Part shown: one piece after another, positions 1 through 10,102 of the stretch
Layout: every line of letters starts with the position of its first letter
Numbering within the stretch: the stretch's first letter is position 1
Source of the DNA: Candidatus Latescibacterota bacterium
GTDB taxonomy: Bacteria > Latescibacterota > UBA2968
Direction of reading: 5' to 3'
NCBI GenBank assembly: GCA_965204745.1
Contig: OZ242010.1
Span: 928,001-992,000, forward strand
DNA length: 64,000 bases
Translations under genes and position numbers: made by a program
The notes under the pieces: model-generated
Databases searched by the model: none
What the model was told of the DNA's origin: nothing
The model's input: only the letters and a program-made list of their open reading frames with translations

Positions 1-589
1 TGAGATCGCGCAGGGTCGCGCCGATGCGGATCGTGGAAATGGGCAAATAGAGCGCGCCGAAGTCCAAGCCGATGCCGGTGCCGATGCCCACGCCCAAGTC
101 GCGCCTGATGAGTTTCACGCCCGCGCCCAAGTGCAATTTATCCGTTATCCGCCGCCCATAAGCGATCCGAAAAACGTAATCGGTCGTGCCGATCTCGTCG
201 GTGATGACCGGGCGATTGCCCGGGCCGATGGGCAGATTGGGGTCTTCCAAAGTGGTCAGAGAGATTTTGTCAACGCCTGCGCGCACAATGCCCACGCCCA
301 TGCCACCCTTGAAGATGGGCACGCGCGCGGCAAAGACGTCGTGGTTCACACTGCCGCCGAATTGCTCGGCGTGTTGGAGGTGGATTTCCCGGTTGGGCGA
401 CGCATGGGCCAGGCCCGCGGGATTCCAGTACACGGCTGTGGCGTCCAGACTGAGCGCGACATACGCGTTGCCCATGCCCAAGGCGCGCGCGCCTGCACCG
501 AGCAGGAGGGGGTCGCCCGCATAGTGGCCCGTTTGTGCGTGGGCCGCACTGGTCAGCGCGAATATCAGCCAAGTCGCAATGCGTTTCAA
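1..589 (-). CDS. PorV/PorQ (FadL-like) outer-membrane beta-barrel protein, N-terminal part (runs off window)
   Basis: Not in ORF track. TTG at 589 overlaps the upstream TGA. Translates MKRIATWLIFALTSAAHAQ...GAGARALGMGNAYVALSLDATAVYWNPAGL, the family N-terminal signature. Confidence 0.75.
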   Translation of the reverse strand, partial: MKRIATWLIFALTSAAHAQTGHYAGDPLLLGAGARALGMGNAYVALSLDATAVYWNPAGLAHASPNREIHLQHAEQFGGSVNHDVFAARVPIFKGGMGVGIVRAGVDKISLTTLEDPNLPIGPGNRPVITDEIGTTDYVFRIAYGRRITDKLHLGAGVKLIRRDLGVGIGTGIGLDFGALYLPISTIRIGATLRDL

Positions 590-1095
590 GGATCGGTCTC
601 GCGTGATGGGGGGATGAGAATCGCGGTATTGCCCGGGCGCAGGGCCGAACCGAGGGCTTTGATATCCTCGGGGGATAGGGCGATATGTGGTGTCGTGTCG
701 GTTGACATGCCGCTAGCTTGAATGACGAGGGCAGGCGCGAAATAGAGGCGGGAACGGCGGCGAGGCCCTTCGATCAGGCGCCCGAAAAAGTCGAGGGGCA
801 AAAGCCGACCGCGCAATCGCAGGTTTGCATTGCCCGGCTCGACCGAGACGGGATCGACGCGGCGGGCAAAGCGATAGGTCTGCGTATGCTCGGCACTCGT
901 GGGCGACAAGTTGAGGATGGGACACATTCTCAAAATATTGCCATTGGCCTTGAGGTGAACGCGCTTTGCCGCGAGGTCGATGACGAGGTAAAACTCGGCC
1001 GTTTGGGCTTGATCGAGTTCGAGAATGAGGGCGTCTCTTTGGTTTTGGAGCGCGATCACGTCTCGACCAAATACAGGGGGTTGCGCGAGGAGCAA
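586..1095 (-). CDS. L,D-transpeptidase-like protein lacking the catalytic His/Cys
   Basis: YLVIDLAAKRVHL N-terminal strand and HIALSPEDIKAL...LRPG C-terminus parallel the upstream YkuD protein. Start uncertain (frame open to 1179). Confidence 0.55.
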   Translation of the reverse strand: MLLAQPPVFGRDVIALQNQRDALILELDQAQTAEFYLVIDLAAKRVHLKANGNILRMCPILNLSPTSAEHTQTYRFARRVDPVSVEPGNANLRLRGRLLPLDFFGRLIEGPRRRSRLYFAPALVIQASGMSTDTTPHIALSPEDIKALGSALRPGNTAILIPPSRETDP

Positions 1096-1100
1096 ACCGA

Positions 1101-1679
1101 TCAGTAGATATAGACCTGGTCGCCAACTTGAAGGGTGCGATGCACAAAGGCGAGGTCGTCGTCGTTGAGGCGAATACATCCGTGCGTGATATGCCTTCCG
1201 AGCAGGGCGGGATATAAGGTGCCGTGGATTTCGTAGCCCTCGCCCAATTCGAGGGCATAAGCACCTAAGGTCGTCTGGTCGAGGCGGCGAAAGGCCCAGG
1301 GCAATACCGGGGGGGCTTCGCCACTTTCGACAAAGGCCCAGATGGGTTTGGCCCAGATGGGATCTGTCACTTTACGCAAAATGGTTCGGACGCCCACTGG
1401 GGTGTGAAATTGCCAGCGCGCCGCGTTCCGCGGGTGGAGTAGCACTTTGCCGCTGCCAGTCGCGCAGGTCGCTTCTCGTATCACCCGATTGTCGCGCCAC
1501 ACTTGAAGGCGGTTGTGGACCGTGTCGATCACGATATAGGATTTCGCCGCGTGGCGGTTCAGGCTTTCGCGGAGGGATGCGATTTCGGCATGGAGTTGTT
1601 CGATTTCCACATCGCGCGCAGAGAGCCGCGGGGAGAAACCGAAGCACAAGAACAGGATGATGAACAGGGATAGGCGCAT
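1101..1679 (-). CDS. L,D-transpeptidase (YkuD/ErfK family)
   Basis: Signal peptide; TPVG motif; YEIHGT...THGCIRL catalytic motif. Confidence 0.9.
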   Translation of the reverse strand: MRLSLFIILFLCFGFSPRLSARDVEIEQLHAEIASLRESLNRHAAKSYIVIDTVHNRLQVWRDNRVIREATCATGSGKVLLHPRNAARWQFHTPVGVRTILRKVTDPIWAKPIWAFVESGEAPPVLPWAFRRLDQTTLGAYALELGEGYEIHGTLYPALLGRHITHGCIRLNDDDLAFVHRTLQVGDQVYIY

Positions 1680-1843
1680 GGTGTGGCTCGGAAATTGTCT
1701 AATTGCAAGCCCTTCCCAAAATGCGGAGGAAAGACTCGGGCCTTCCATTCGTCGCAGACATGGGCTAGGTCCCATAAATTGCAAAACCGAGACGCTTTTT
1801 GCACGCCTCGGTTTTTGTGTTTTGAGAAGCTATCGGATGGGGA

Positions 1844-2455
1844 TTACATCCGCAGGTACCAGGGTTTGTTCTGGTTTTGCCAGTCTGTGATCTTTTGGAG
1901 AGCCATCGCGATAGAACCCTGAACTTGAGACAGTTGGGTTTCGGCATCGCGAGCGCGGGCGAGCGCGTCATTGTATTTCCCGGTGTCGAGATTGCTGCGC
2001 GCATCGCTTGCATTGGCTTCGGCTTGATTGAGATCGGCGTTGAGTTGATCGAGGTCATCGTCCGCGCCTTTGCCCCGAGGGGCTTCGCCCAAACTGCCTC
2101 TGGTGTCTGAAATGCCGAGCATGACGCGGTCGATGATCGTTTGGGTTTCCGTGCTGATCTCGTTCTTGCTGGTCTCGGCTTCGGCTTTGGCGCGGTCAAA
2201 CAAGTCTTTTGCCTGCATGTAACCCGCCGTGGCCCCATCGTGTTCGTTTTGCTCAAATTTGCCATTGGCATCGTCAATGGTGCTGGTGGCAGAACGAAAT
2301 GTGTCGGCAGCATAGACATCGGCCTCGGCCGCTTTGGCCGCGGTTTGGGCCGCCATCGCTTCTTCTTGCGCTTTCAGGTCGGCTTCGTTGGGCCGACAAC
2401 CCGAAATGACAAGTGCCAACATGAGAACTGAACAAAGGCTTAAAATAGATCGCAT
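1844..2455 (-). CDS. Alanine-rich helical lipoprotein (DUF4398-like)
   Basis: Lipobox ISGC; Ala/Asp-rich helical sequence; upstream promoter. Confidence 0.65.
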   Translation of the reverse strand: MRSILSLCSVLMLALVISGCRPNEADLKAQEEAMAAQTAAKAAEADVYAADTFRSATSTIDDANGKFEQNEHDGATAGYMQAKDLFDRAKAEAETSKNEISTETQTIIDRVMLGISDTRGSLGEAPRGKGADDDLDQLNADLNQAEANASDARSNLDTGKYNDALARARDAETQLSQVQGSIAMALQKITDWQNQNKPWYLRM

Positions 2456-2512
2456 CGTGAATCTCCTTGTTTGCTGTTACGTGAAAACGGCGTCCTCTGC
2501 GAATGTATTGGA

Positions 2513-2541
2513 AAGATAAAACACATGTTTCAGGTTGTCAA
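2513..2541 (-). promoter_or_regulatory. sigma70-type promoter for the lipoprotein/LDT operon
   Basis: TTGACA-17 nt-TATCTT on minus strand. Confidence 0.6.
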
Positions 2542-2766
2542 TACCAAAATGGGAAAAGCAACCACAGATGAACGATGAAAGGCGAAGATGTGAGAAGTGA
2601 GACGCGAGATGGGGGTTAGCCACAAAAGGCACGAGCGGGTACAACTGGGCAACAGCTAGTTCAAAGGCGATCAGTGTGTAAGGGCGATGCCCCTGTGCTC
2701 GCCCAAAGATACGAGACGCGAGTTTTTGTCACTCCTGCGGTTGCCGGAGTCCGGTGACTTTTGTCT

Positions 2767-3603
2767 TTACCGCCGTTCGCTTTTTTTATAGAACATTTTG
2801 TTCAGCGGGCGTTTGGGGGCCGTGAGGTATTTGACTTCGCCGGGGGTTAGGGCTTTGCCAAAGACGGCGATTTCGTCGACTTCGCCGGGGTATTTGAAGT
2901 GGTTGAAGCGCATCACGAGGTTTTCGATGTCCCAAGTGACTTGTTGCGGCAGTGGGCCTTTGCTACCTGCGAGTTTGCCATCGACGTACAGGGCCCATTC
3001 TGCATCGGCGTTGCCGCTGTTGAAATTGGACCACGTAATCGCGACGTGGTGCCAGTCGTTGGGCTGCCAGTTGACGGGCACGGCGATCACGCGCTCTTCA
3101 AACATCTGGTCTGTAATTTCCCCATCTTTGTCCGGATAGCATCCAAAGCGGAGGGTGCTGTCGGCTTTTTTGAAATCGACAAACACGACGGCGTCATCCC
3201 ACGGAAATCCGTCTCCGTATTTTTTGCCGATGTGAAAGGGTTCGGGATTATCGTTTTCAAAGTTGGCTATGTCGGCCTTGAGCCAAAACGCCACACTGCC
3301 CGACCAAGCACTGTCCGCGCTGTACGCGAGGTTGTCTTTGCCCGCGTAGTTGAGCGCACCTGCGTTGGCGTTGAACGACAGGTACCCGTCCGGATTGCCG
3401 CCATCCATGATGTGGCTGGTGTTGGCCGTGTCAAAGGTCGCCAAATCCTTGCCGAGGCTGTCGAGGGCATCCACGCCCTTTTCAAAGTTGGCGAAGAAAA
3501 GCACATGTGCGTGCAAGTTCTTTTCAATGGCCCTTTCCGGGCCGCCGCAAGCTGTGCACAAAATGAGGACGAGCACGCCGAGATGGGAAAGGCGAAACGA
3601 CAT
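2767..3603 (-). CDS. LamG/concanavalin-like lipoprotein
   Basis: Lipobox LCTAC; GSVAFWLK, WHHVAITW, ALYVDG and GEVDEIAVF motifs. Confidence 0.8.
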   Translation of the reverse strand: MSFRLSHLGVLVLILCTACGGPERAIEKNLHAHVLFFANFEKGVDALDSLGKDLATFDTANTSHIMDGGNPDGYLSFNANAGALNYAGKDNLAYSADSAWSGSVAFWLKADIANFENDNPEPFHIGKKYGDGFPWDDAVVFVDFKKADSTLRFGCYPDKDGEITDQMFEERVIAVPVNWQPNDWHHVAITWSNFNSGNADAEWALYVDGKLAGSKGPLPQQVTWDIENLVMRFNHFKYPGEVDEIAVFGKALTPGEVKYLTAPKRPLNKMFYKKSERR

Positions 3604-3781
3604 GAGAAAATCTCCTAAAAAAAGCCGAGGTTCAGCGCGTTGTAAAGTTGCCGCGCAGCGGGTTCGCAAGTGATATACTTCCAAAACGCGGGGATGTCAA
3701 CCCCAAAACAAAAAAAACAAATGCGTAACGTCCGTTTTTAATACAGGCACTTACGCGAGGGGCGCAAGTGCCTGAAGGAAG

Positions 3782-3855
3782 TGCGGCAGAGAGGACTCGA
3801 ACCCCCAACCCTCTGGTCCGAAGCCAGATGCTCTATCCAATTGAGCTACTGCCGC
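3782..3855 (-). tRNA. tRNA-Arg(UCG)
   Basis: Cloverleaf GCGGCAG...CTGCCGC-A; anticodon arm TCTGG-CT TCG GA-CCAGA; GGTTCGA T-loop; CCA not encoded. Confidence 0.92.
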
Positions 3856-3978
3856 TGTGGGGATAATATACGGATTGTGATCGCGTTTTGCAAGGGAAAG
3901 GAATTGACTTGACAGGATAAAGCGCGTGGAGTAATTAAAAACCCACTCTTTGTTTTTATTTTTTCGTGGAGGTGTAAT

Positions 3979-5268
3979 TTGAGTACGCGTTCAAAGGCAT
4001 TATTTGATGCGGCGAGGCGCGTGATTCCCGGCGGCGTGAACAGTCCGGCGAGGGCATTTGGGCCGGTCGGTGGCGATCCCCTATTTATCGTGCGCGGTGA
4101 GGGGGCGCGAATTACCGATGCGGATGGCGCGTCTTATATCGACTTTGTGGGATCCTGGGGGCCGCTCATTTTGGGCCATGCCCATCCGGAAGTCGTTGCG
4201 GCGGTACAGGCGGCGGCAATAGCGGGAACGAGTTTTGGCGCGCCGACTGAAATCGAAGTCAAAATGGCCCAATTGGTCGCAGAAATGGTGCCGGGCGTGG
4301 AAATGGTGCGGATGGTCAATTCCGGCACGGAAGCCACGATGTCGGCGATTCGACTCGCACGCGGGCACACCGGGCGAAACAAAATTGTCAAGTTCGAGGG
4401 ATGCTGGCACGGGCACGCCGATAGCTTTTTGATTCGCGCCGGGTCTTCCGCGCTCACGATGGGCGCGCCGAACAGCCCTGGGGTCACGCCCGGAACCGCA
4501 GCAGATTCGATCACCGCGCCCTATAATGACTTGGAGGCCGTGCAAAAAGCCGTTGCGGAAAACAGGGATGAGATCGCCGCGGTGATCGTCGAACCCATCG
4601 CGGGCAACATGGGCGTGATTCCGCCTACGCCGGGGTTTTTGCAGGGCTTGCGGGATTTGACCACGGAATTGGGCATCGTGCTGATTTTTGACGAAGTCAT
4701 CACCGGGTTTCGCGTCGGTTCAGGCGGGGCGCAGGCCCTGTATGGCATGACGCCCGATTTGACGACTTTGGGGAAAATCATCGGCGGCGGGTTGCCGGTT
4801 GGCGCGTTTGGTGGCAAGCGGGAAATCATGTCGGACATTTCTCCGCTGGGCAAAATGGTGTCGCAGGCCGGCACGTTGTCCGGCAATCCCTTGGCGATGA
4901 CAGCGGGGTATGAGACTTTGAGGAGATTGCGTGCGCCGGGGGTATATGACGCGCTGGAGGCAAAAGCGCGGGCGTTGGAGACCGGCATTCGGGAAAATTT
5001 GAACGCGCTGGGATTGAAGTATCAGACCAATCGGGTGGGTTCGATGATGACCTTGTTCTTCACGGAAACCCCCGTGACCTCGTTTGATGCGGCCAATGCG
5101 TGCGATCAGGATTTGTTCGCCCGGTATTTTCGGGAGATGCTCAAGCGCGGCATTTATCTCGCGCCGTCGCAGTTCGAGGCTGCGTTTGTCTCTCTGGCGC
5201 ATTCTGATGCGGATATCGACGCGACCGTGAGGGCAAATTACGAAGCCCTAAAAATATGTACAATATGA
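3979..5268 (+). CDS. hemL: Glutamate-1-semialdehyde 2,1-aminomutase
   Basis: [25 protein letters not shown] and LGKIIGGG (PLP Lys) motifs. Confidence 0.97.
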   Translation: MSTRSKALFDAARRVIPGGVNSPARAFGPVGGDPLFIVRGEGARITDADGASYIDFVGSWGPLILGHAHPEVVAAVQAAAIAGTSFGAPTEIEVKMAQLVAEMVPGVEMVRMVNSGTEATMSAIRLARGHTGRNKIVKFEGCWHGHADSFLIRAGSSALTMGAPNSPGVTPGTAADSITAPYNDLEAVQKAVAENRDEIAAVIVEPIAGNMGVIPPTPGFLQGLRDLTTELGIVLIFDEVITGFRVGSGGAQALYGMTPDLTTLGKIIGGGLPVGAFGGKREIMSDISPLGKMVSQAGTLSGNPLAMTAGYETLRRLRAPGVYDALEAKARALETGIRENLNALGLKYQTNRVGSMMTLFFTETPVTSFDAANACDQDLFARYFREMLKRGIYLAPSQFEAAFVSLAHSDADIDATVRANYEALKICTI

Positions 5269-5738
5269 AAAAGATATGGCTCGTGCTCTTGCTCGGTTGC
5301 GTGGGTTGCGGGTCTCCGTATGCCGACTATTTTGATCAACTGCGCTCCGGCTCGGTTGAGCAACGCCTGGACGCGGCGACTTTTTTGGGCGGGCATCGGA
5401 TCGTGGAGGCCATTCCCCATTTGCGCGCTGCGTTGCGCGACACCGTCCCACAGGTGCGAACAAAGGTCGCGTGGGCATTGGGCGCGTTGCGGGCGAAGGC
5501 GGCGTTGCGCGATTTGAGTTTGATGCTCGGCGACAGGGATCGGAATGCGCGCCAAGTTGCCGCGTGGGCATTGATGCAACTCGAAGAACCCGAAGCCATT
5601 CCCGCACTCGAACGCGCGATGGCGTCTGAACCCGATGCCTGGGTCAAAAAAGACATGGAACGCGCAACGCGCTATTTGAGGCAGTTTGAAGGTGAAGCAA
5701 ATGTCGAAGAAAGCCGCGTGCGAGGAGCGTTTTTTTAG
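5265..5738 (+). CDS. HEAT-repeat lipoprotein
   Basis: Lipobox; [10 protein letters not shown] and [14 protein letters not shown] repeats; ATGA overlap with hemL. Confidence 0.8.
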   Translation: MKKIWLVLLLGCVGCGSPYADYFDQLRSGSVEQRLDAATFLGGHRIVEAIPHLRAALRDTVPQVRTKVAWALGALRAKAALRDLSLMLGDRDRNARQVAAWALMQLEEPEAIPALERAMASEPDAWVKKDMERATRYLRQFEGEANVEESRVRGAFF

Positions 5739-5766
5739 CGTAGTACACGTCATGGCGAATGTGATC

Positions 5767-7821
5767 CTACCCCCATAGTTTGCTCATCCATCGAGAACGA
5801 CGGCCCAGACGGAAGCCGAGAAATTCGTTCTCCAATTCCCTCCTGTTCAGCACCGTCCTGCCGCCGATGCTGGCGTTCTCATCGATCAGCGTCGAAGGTA
5901 CGTTCTCCCAGTCAAACTCGCGGCGACCGAATTGGTCCTTCTGCTCGATGACGATGACCTTATCGCCTTCTAGCATCCATCCGGATCGCGCATCCCCTTC
6001 CCGCTTTATCCTCGCCTCCGGGCGCAGCAAATTCCCGAGTTGATCTTTGACCTTGTCATGTCGCTTATCCGCGTATTCACGCCATGCCACCGGTTGACAC
6101 CACGCAGGTGCGCGTTCTTCGATGTTGGCGGCGATGATCTCACCGATCACGCGGGACGAAAATTTTAGCCAGTCGTCTGGCTGGCGATTATCCTTCATCC
6201 TTTCAATCACTTGCGAGAGGTAGAGGCGGTAGAGATGACCGCTGAGTTCGCCGTGTACCCGTTGGATATGAAGGTGGAGTTTGTGTCTCAGATCTTCCTT
6301 GTAGCTCGGCAGTGCGGTCGTGGTGTAAATCATCAGGCTTCGCTTGACTATCTCGTCGGGAAATGCCTTCATTTCGTTGTTCATCGACAGAATGAAGCAG
6401 GGGTACTCTTCAACCGGAGGCGGGTTCTCGTCTTTGATGATGTCGATTGCGTGATTTCGCACGGCCTGCTTCCCAACATCGTCGAACACCACGGGGAATC
6501 GTTTGTAATTCTGCTGAAGACCGCGAAGTTTGGATCGGGTGAAATCCCCTTTATCCACGCGATGCACGCGACCGAACATCGAGGTTATCAGGGTATCGAC
6601 AAGACTCGACTTGCCGCAACTCGGCTTACCATAGAGGATGGCAAAGGACGGGTAACGAAATATATCTCCCATCGCGCCGGCGAGATTTCTCATATCGCAC
6701 ATAAAGGGCGAGAAGTAAAGCCACGACCAGAGCATAAAGTAATCGCGCTGGAGACGATCCACATCGCCCTCAAACGTCTCTCGATAATTGCCGAAGTAAT
6801 TGACCAGTAGCCGTGCGTCGGTTTTCACTCGGGCCGGGTCGCTTTCCAAAGGGAAGGGGTTGCCAGACATCTCGGCGGTGCATTCCGTGCGATTGATGGA
6901 AAAGTAGCGGCTGTCGGCTTCTTCGTCAGAATGCACGATGCGAACGCGGCTGTGCTCTCGCCGTATCTCCCGCTTGATCTGCGGCGTGATCTTCTGGCGT
7001 CCATTGCGGATGGCTGGAATCAACGTAGAGACGACGGACGGTATGGTCGCTTTCACCTTCTCGATTCTCTCTATCTGGGTCTGCACGGAGATGGAAAGGG
7101 ACTTGGAAGAATCGGACGCGTCGATGACGAGCGTGGTGGGGTCGTGGGAATCCAAGACGGGGATCTCGTGCAACTGAATGTCGGCTTTTTGTATTTGCTC
7201 CGCTGGCAGTGGGATATCATCAGACGCGGAGTCCCTTATCTCTTTGTACATCCGCGAGTAGTGGGACCACGCGGATTCGTCGTTGTCGAACTTGACGAGG
7301 GTTTCGGATTGGCGACCACTGAAGGCTGTCTCCGATAGGTTGGCGGAGCCGATGATGGCGCGCGTGTTTCCGTTGGTCGCGTTTTCTAGCAGGTACAGTT
7401 TTGAATGCGCGATGGCTTTGCGGAGTACGCGGAAGCGGGCCTGCCCCTCTCGCACTCTGCCGAGGATAAAAGCGTGCCGTTGGTCCTTCAGCCCTTTTAT
7501 CGCCGCGAGTGTGTCGCTTATCGCCACCTGCTGAAACGCCATGATGTCCTTGAAGGTGCGGAGCGTGCTTTCGCAACCGAATACGCATTCGAAGTCCGTG
7601 AAGTCGTGCTCATCGAGCAACCTGACAATGGCGGATATGCCGGCGGAGTAGGTCAGGATGCGGATTTTGTCATAGCCGTCGAACAGGGGCCAACTGAATT
7701 TTGCCTCGCTGACGAACTCGGCATCTACCACGCGAAGCCCGCCACCGTCGTCGAGGGTCAACGCACTCTGGCCTTCACTCGCATCGGGGGAATCAAAAAA
7801 TAACTGGTTCATAGACATCAC
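5767..7821 (-). CDS. PLD-like nuclease (NgoFVII-like) fused to a P-loop ATPase
   Basis: AHSKLY...IGSANLS PLD motif; GKPSCGKS Walker A; VVFDD Walker B. Confidence 0.75.
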   Translation of the reverse strand: MMSMNQLFFDSPDASEGQSALTLDDGGGLRVVDAEFVSEAKFSWPLFDGYDKIRILTYSAGISAIVRLLDEHDFTDFECVFGCESTLRTFKDIMAFQQVAISDTLAAIKGLKDQRHAFILGRVREGQARFRVLRKAIAHSKLYLLENATNGNTRAIIGSANLSETAFSGRQSETLVKFDNDESAWSHYSRMYKEIRDSASDDIPLPAEQIQKADIQLHEIPVLDSHDPTTLVIDASDSSKSLSISVQTQIERIEKVKATIPSVVSTLIPAIRNGRQKITPQIKREIRREHSRVRIVHSDEEADSRYFSINRTECTAEMSGNPFPLESDPARVKTDARLLVNYFGNYRETFEGDVDRLQRDYFMLWSWLYFSPFMCDMRNLAGAMGDIFRYPSFAILYGKPSCGKSSLVDTLITSMFGRVHRVDKGDFTRSKLRGLQQNYKRFPVVFDDVGKQAVRNHAIDIIKDENPPPVEEYPCFILSMNNEMKAFPDEIVKRSLMIYTTTALPSYKEDLRHKLHLHIQRVHGELSGHLYRLYLSQVIERMKDNRQPDDWLKFSSRVIGEIIAANIEERAPAWCQPVAWREYADKRHDKVKDQLGNLLRPEARIKREGDARSGWMLEGDKVIVIEQKDQFGRREFDWENVPSTLIDENASIGGRTVLNRRELENEFLGFRLGRRSRWMSKLWG

Positions 7822-8182
7822 TCTTTATTATAGGCTGGCTACATCACCGGATTTTGTTCTGCGAGATCCGGCTCGTCTTTGTTGCAAGTCAAAAAAAGAA
7901 AATAGAACTTTGATTTTGATGCAAGATGATTAAGAAGCGGTCAGCGGTCAGTCCGCTCAACCCCTCCAACCCCAAGTAGTCAGTTGTCAGTTGTCAGTCC
8001 CCGCACAGCCCTTCCGCAAGTGAGACGTGAGACGCAAGACGGGAGAGGGCCACCCAGCACCCCAAGTAGTCAGTAGTCAGTAGTCAGTCCACCCGCCCAC
8101 AGGCCCCAAGCAACCAGCCCTAGCCCATCGCCTGAGTCATCCCAACGCGAACGGCGATATGCCCCGTACTCTGCACTATCGT

Positions 8183-8485
8183 TCATGCGCGTTCATCTGT
8201 GGTTGCTTTTTGTTTTTTTTGCCGTTGCGGAACCGGATCATAGCCCCCTTTGGCAAACGGATGGCAACAGGCGATGCGGCGCAAGGTCAAAGCGAGGGCG
8301 AATGCAAAGGAGTGGCGGCGGAAGGCTTCGAGGGCGTAGTGCGAGCAGGTGGGGGTATAGCGGCATGAACTGGGCGCGAGGGCGAAAAAGCGCGTCAGAG
8401 GCGCGAGGGTGTATTGATAGCCCTTGATGAGCGCGCACGCGAGGGTTGCCAATATTCTATCGGCGATTTTTAGGGGATTGACCAT
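8183..8485 (-). CDS. yidD: Membrane protein insertion efficiency factor
   Basis: CRYTPTCSHYA...RRIACCHPF..GGYDPVP. Confidence 0.9.
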   Translation of the reverse strand: MVNPLKIADRILATLACALIKGYQYTLAPLTRFFALAPSSCRYTPTCSHYALEAFRRHSFAFALALTLRRIACCHPFAKGGYDPVPQRQKKQKATTDERA

Positions 8486-8544
8486 TTTGCGTTTTCGGGT
8501 ATATTAGGCTAAATTTTTGCCGACACTTCCGCTTAGGAGAGGAA

Positions 8545-9393
8545 ATGGATTTACCGGATATACAGAACTCGCAGGACAGGCGCGGCATTGAAATTGACGA
8601 GGTGGGCGTGTCCAATGTGCGCTATCCCCTGACCTTGCCGCTGCGCGACAATGGCGAGTTTCACACTGTGGCGAATTTGTCGATGACCGTGAGCTTGCCC
8701 CACTATCAAAAGGGCACTCACATGTCGCGGTTTATGATCGCGCTGAACGAGCATCACAAACACTTCACGCCCAACAGCGTTCACATTGTCCTCGAAGAAA
8801 TCCTCGCATTTTTGGAAGCCGAAGAAGCATTTTTGAGCATGACATTTCCCATTTTTTTGTTGCGAAAAGCCCCGATAACGGGCATTGAAGGCATGCTGGA
8901 CTACAACTGTGAATTTAAGGCGATGTTGACCAGCGATGGCATGCACGACAAGTTGATCGGCGTGCGCGCAAATGTGGCGAGTCTCTGCCCGTGCAGCAAG
9001 GAAATCAGCGACTACGGCGCGCACAATCAGCGTTCCGAAGTGCGGATGGACGTGCGCCCATGTGACGGGGAATTTATCTGGTTTGAAGATCTGATCGACA
9101 TTGGCGAATACAATGCGTCTTGCCAACTCTATCCCATTTTGAAACGCCCAGATGAAAAATACGTCACGGAGCGTGCGTATAACAATCCCAAATTTGTCGA
9201 GGACATCGTGCGCGATGTGGCTGCGGATTTGCTCGCGATAATGGACGAAGAGCGCATCGCTTGGTTTTACGTATCGAGCAACAACTACGAGAGCATTCAC
9301 AACCACGATGCGTTTGCCAAAATAGAACGCGGCGCGCGCGGCCCACTTTTGACGCACCGCAAAGAAGCCCAAAATGAGTTGGTGATGCTTTAG
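8545..9393 (+). CDS. folE2: GTP cyclohydrolase I type IB
   Basis: KGTHMSRF, SLCPCSKEIS.YGAHNQRS, NPKFVED and ESIHNHDA motifs. Confidence 0.95.
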   Translation: MDLPDIQNSQDRRGIEIDEVGVSNVRYPLTLPLRDNGEFHTVANLSMTVSLPHYQKGTHMSRFMIALNEHHKHFTPNSVHIVLEEILAFLEAEEAFLSMTFPIFLLRKAPITGIEGMLDYNCEFKAMLTSDGMHDKLIGVRANVASLCPCSKEISDYGAHNQRSEVRMDVRPCDGEFIWFEDLIDIGEYNASCQLYPILKRPDEKYVTERAYNNPKFVEDIVRDVAADLLAIMDEERIAWFYVSSNNYESIHNHDAFAKIERGARGPLLTHRKEAQNELVML

Positions 9394-9495
9394 CTCAACA
9401 GCCCGCCCTGCCCTTGAGGGCGCGGGGACTGACCACCGACCCCTTTGGGAGCGGCGGTTGGGTGGGATTCGTCTATTCTGCGGTTTGGAACAAAG

Positions 9496-9528
9496 AAGGC
9501 CCGTGAACATTGCTCACGGGCCTTTTTT
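9496..9528. terminator. Intrinsic terminator between convergent folE2 and sufE
   Basis: AAGGCCCGTGA...TCACGGGCCTTTTTT hairpin. Confidence 0.7.
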
Positions 9529-9946
9529 ATGCTGCGGTTGCAAGCGCGAGTTCGTGAATGCGCTTGACCATCGCGGCAAAGCCATTGGCGCGGTTGATGC
9601 TGAGGTGTTTGGCGAGGTCGAGTTTGACAAAAATGTTGCGAATGTCCGCGGTGAGAATTTCCCGGGCGGTTTTGCCGGAATACAACGCCAACAAAATTGC
9701 GACCAAGCCCTTGACGATCTGCGCGTCGCTGTCTGCGCGAAATTCGATCACGGGCGGGTCCTCGTCTCGCACATCGGTGATGAGCCACACATTGCTCACG
9801 CACCCCTGCACGCGGTTGGCTTCGCTTTTGTGTTCCGCTTCGAGCGGTGGCAAGTTGCGACCAAGTTCGATGATATACCGATAGCGTTCTTCCCAATCCG
9901 CGAGCACATCGAAATTTTGCATGATGCGGTCAATGGTGATGTTCAT
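9527..9946 (-). CDS. sufE: Cysteine desulfurase acceptor SufE
   Basis: WEERYRYIIELG, VQGCVSNVW, DSDAQIVKG and RANG motifs. Confidence 0.93.
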   Translation of the reverse strand: MNITIDRIMQNFDVLADWEERYRYIIELGRNLPPLEAEHKSEANRVQGCVSNVWLITDVRDEDPPVIEFRADSDAQIVKGLVAILLALYSGKTAREILTADIRNIFVKLDLAKHLSINRANGFAAMVKRIHELALATAA

Positions 9947-10102
9947 GGAAAACCTCGGAAAAATGGGAGAAGTGAGGCGGCCTCACCGCGCCGCTCATCC
10001 ACCCGTGCGTGCCCATCCCACCTCCGCACCGCCGTGTGCGTTATCCCGGCCCATATTCCCCGACCTCTTGCCTCTCCCCTCTTGCCTCTCACGTCTTGCC
10101 TC

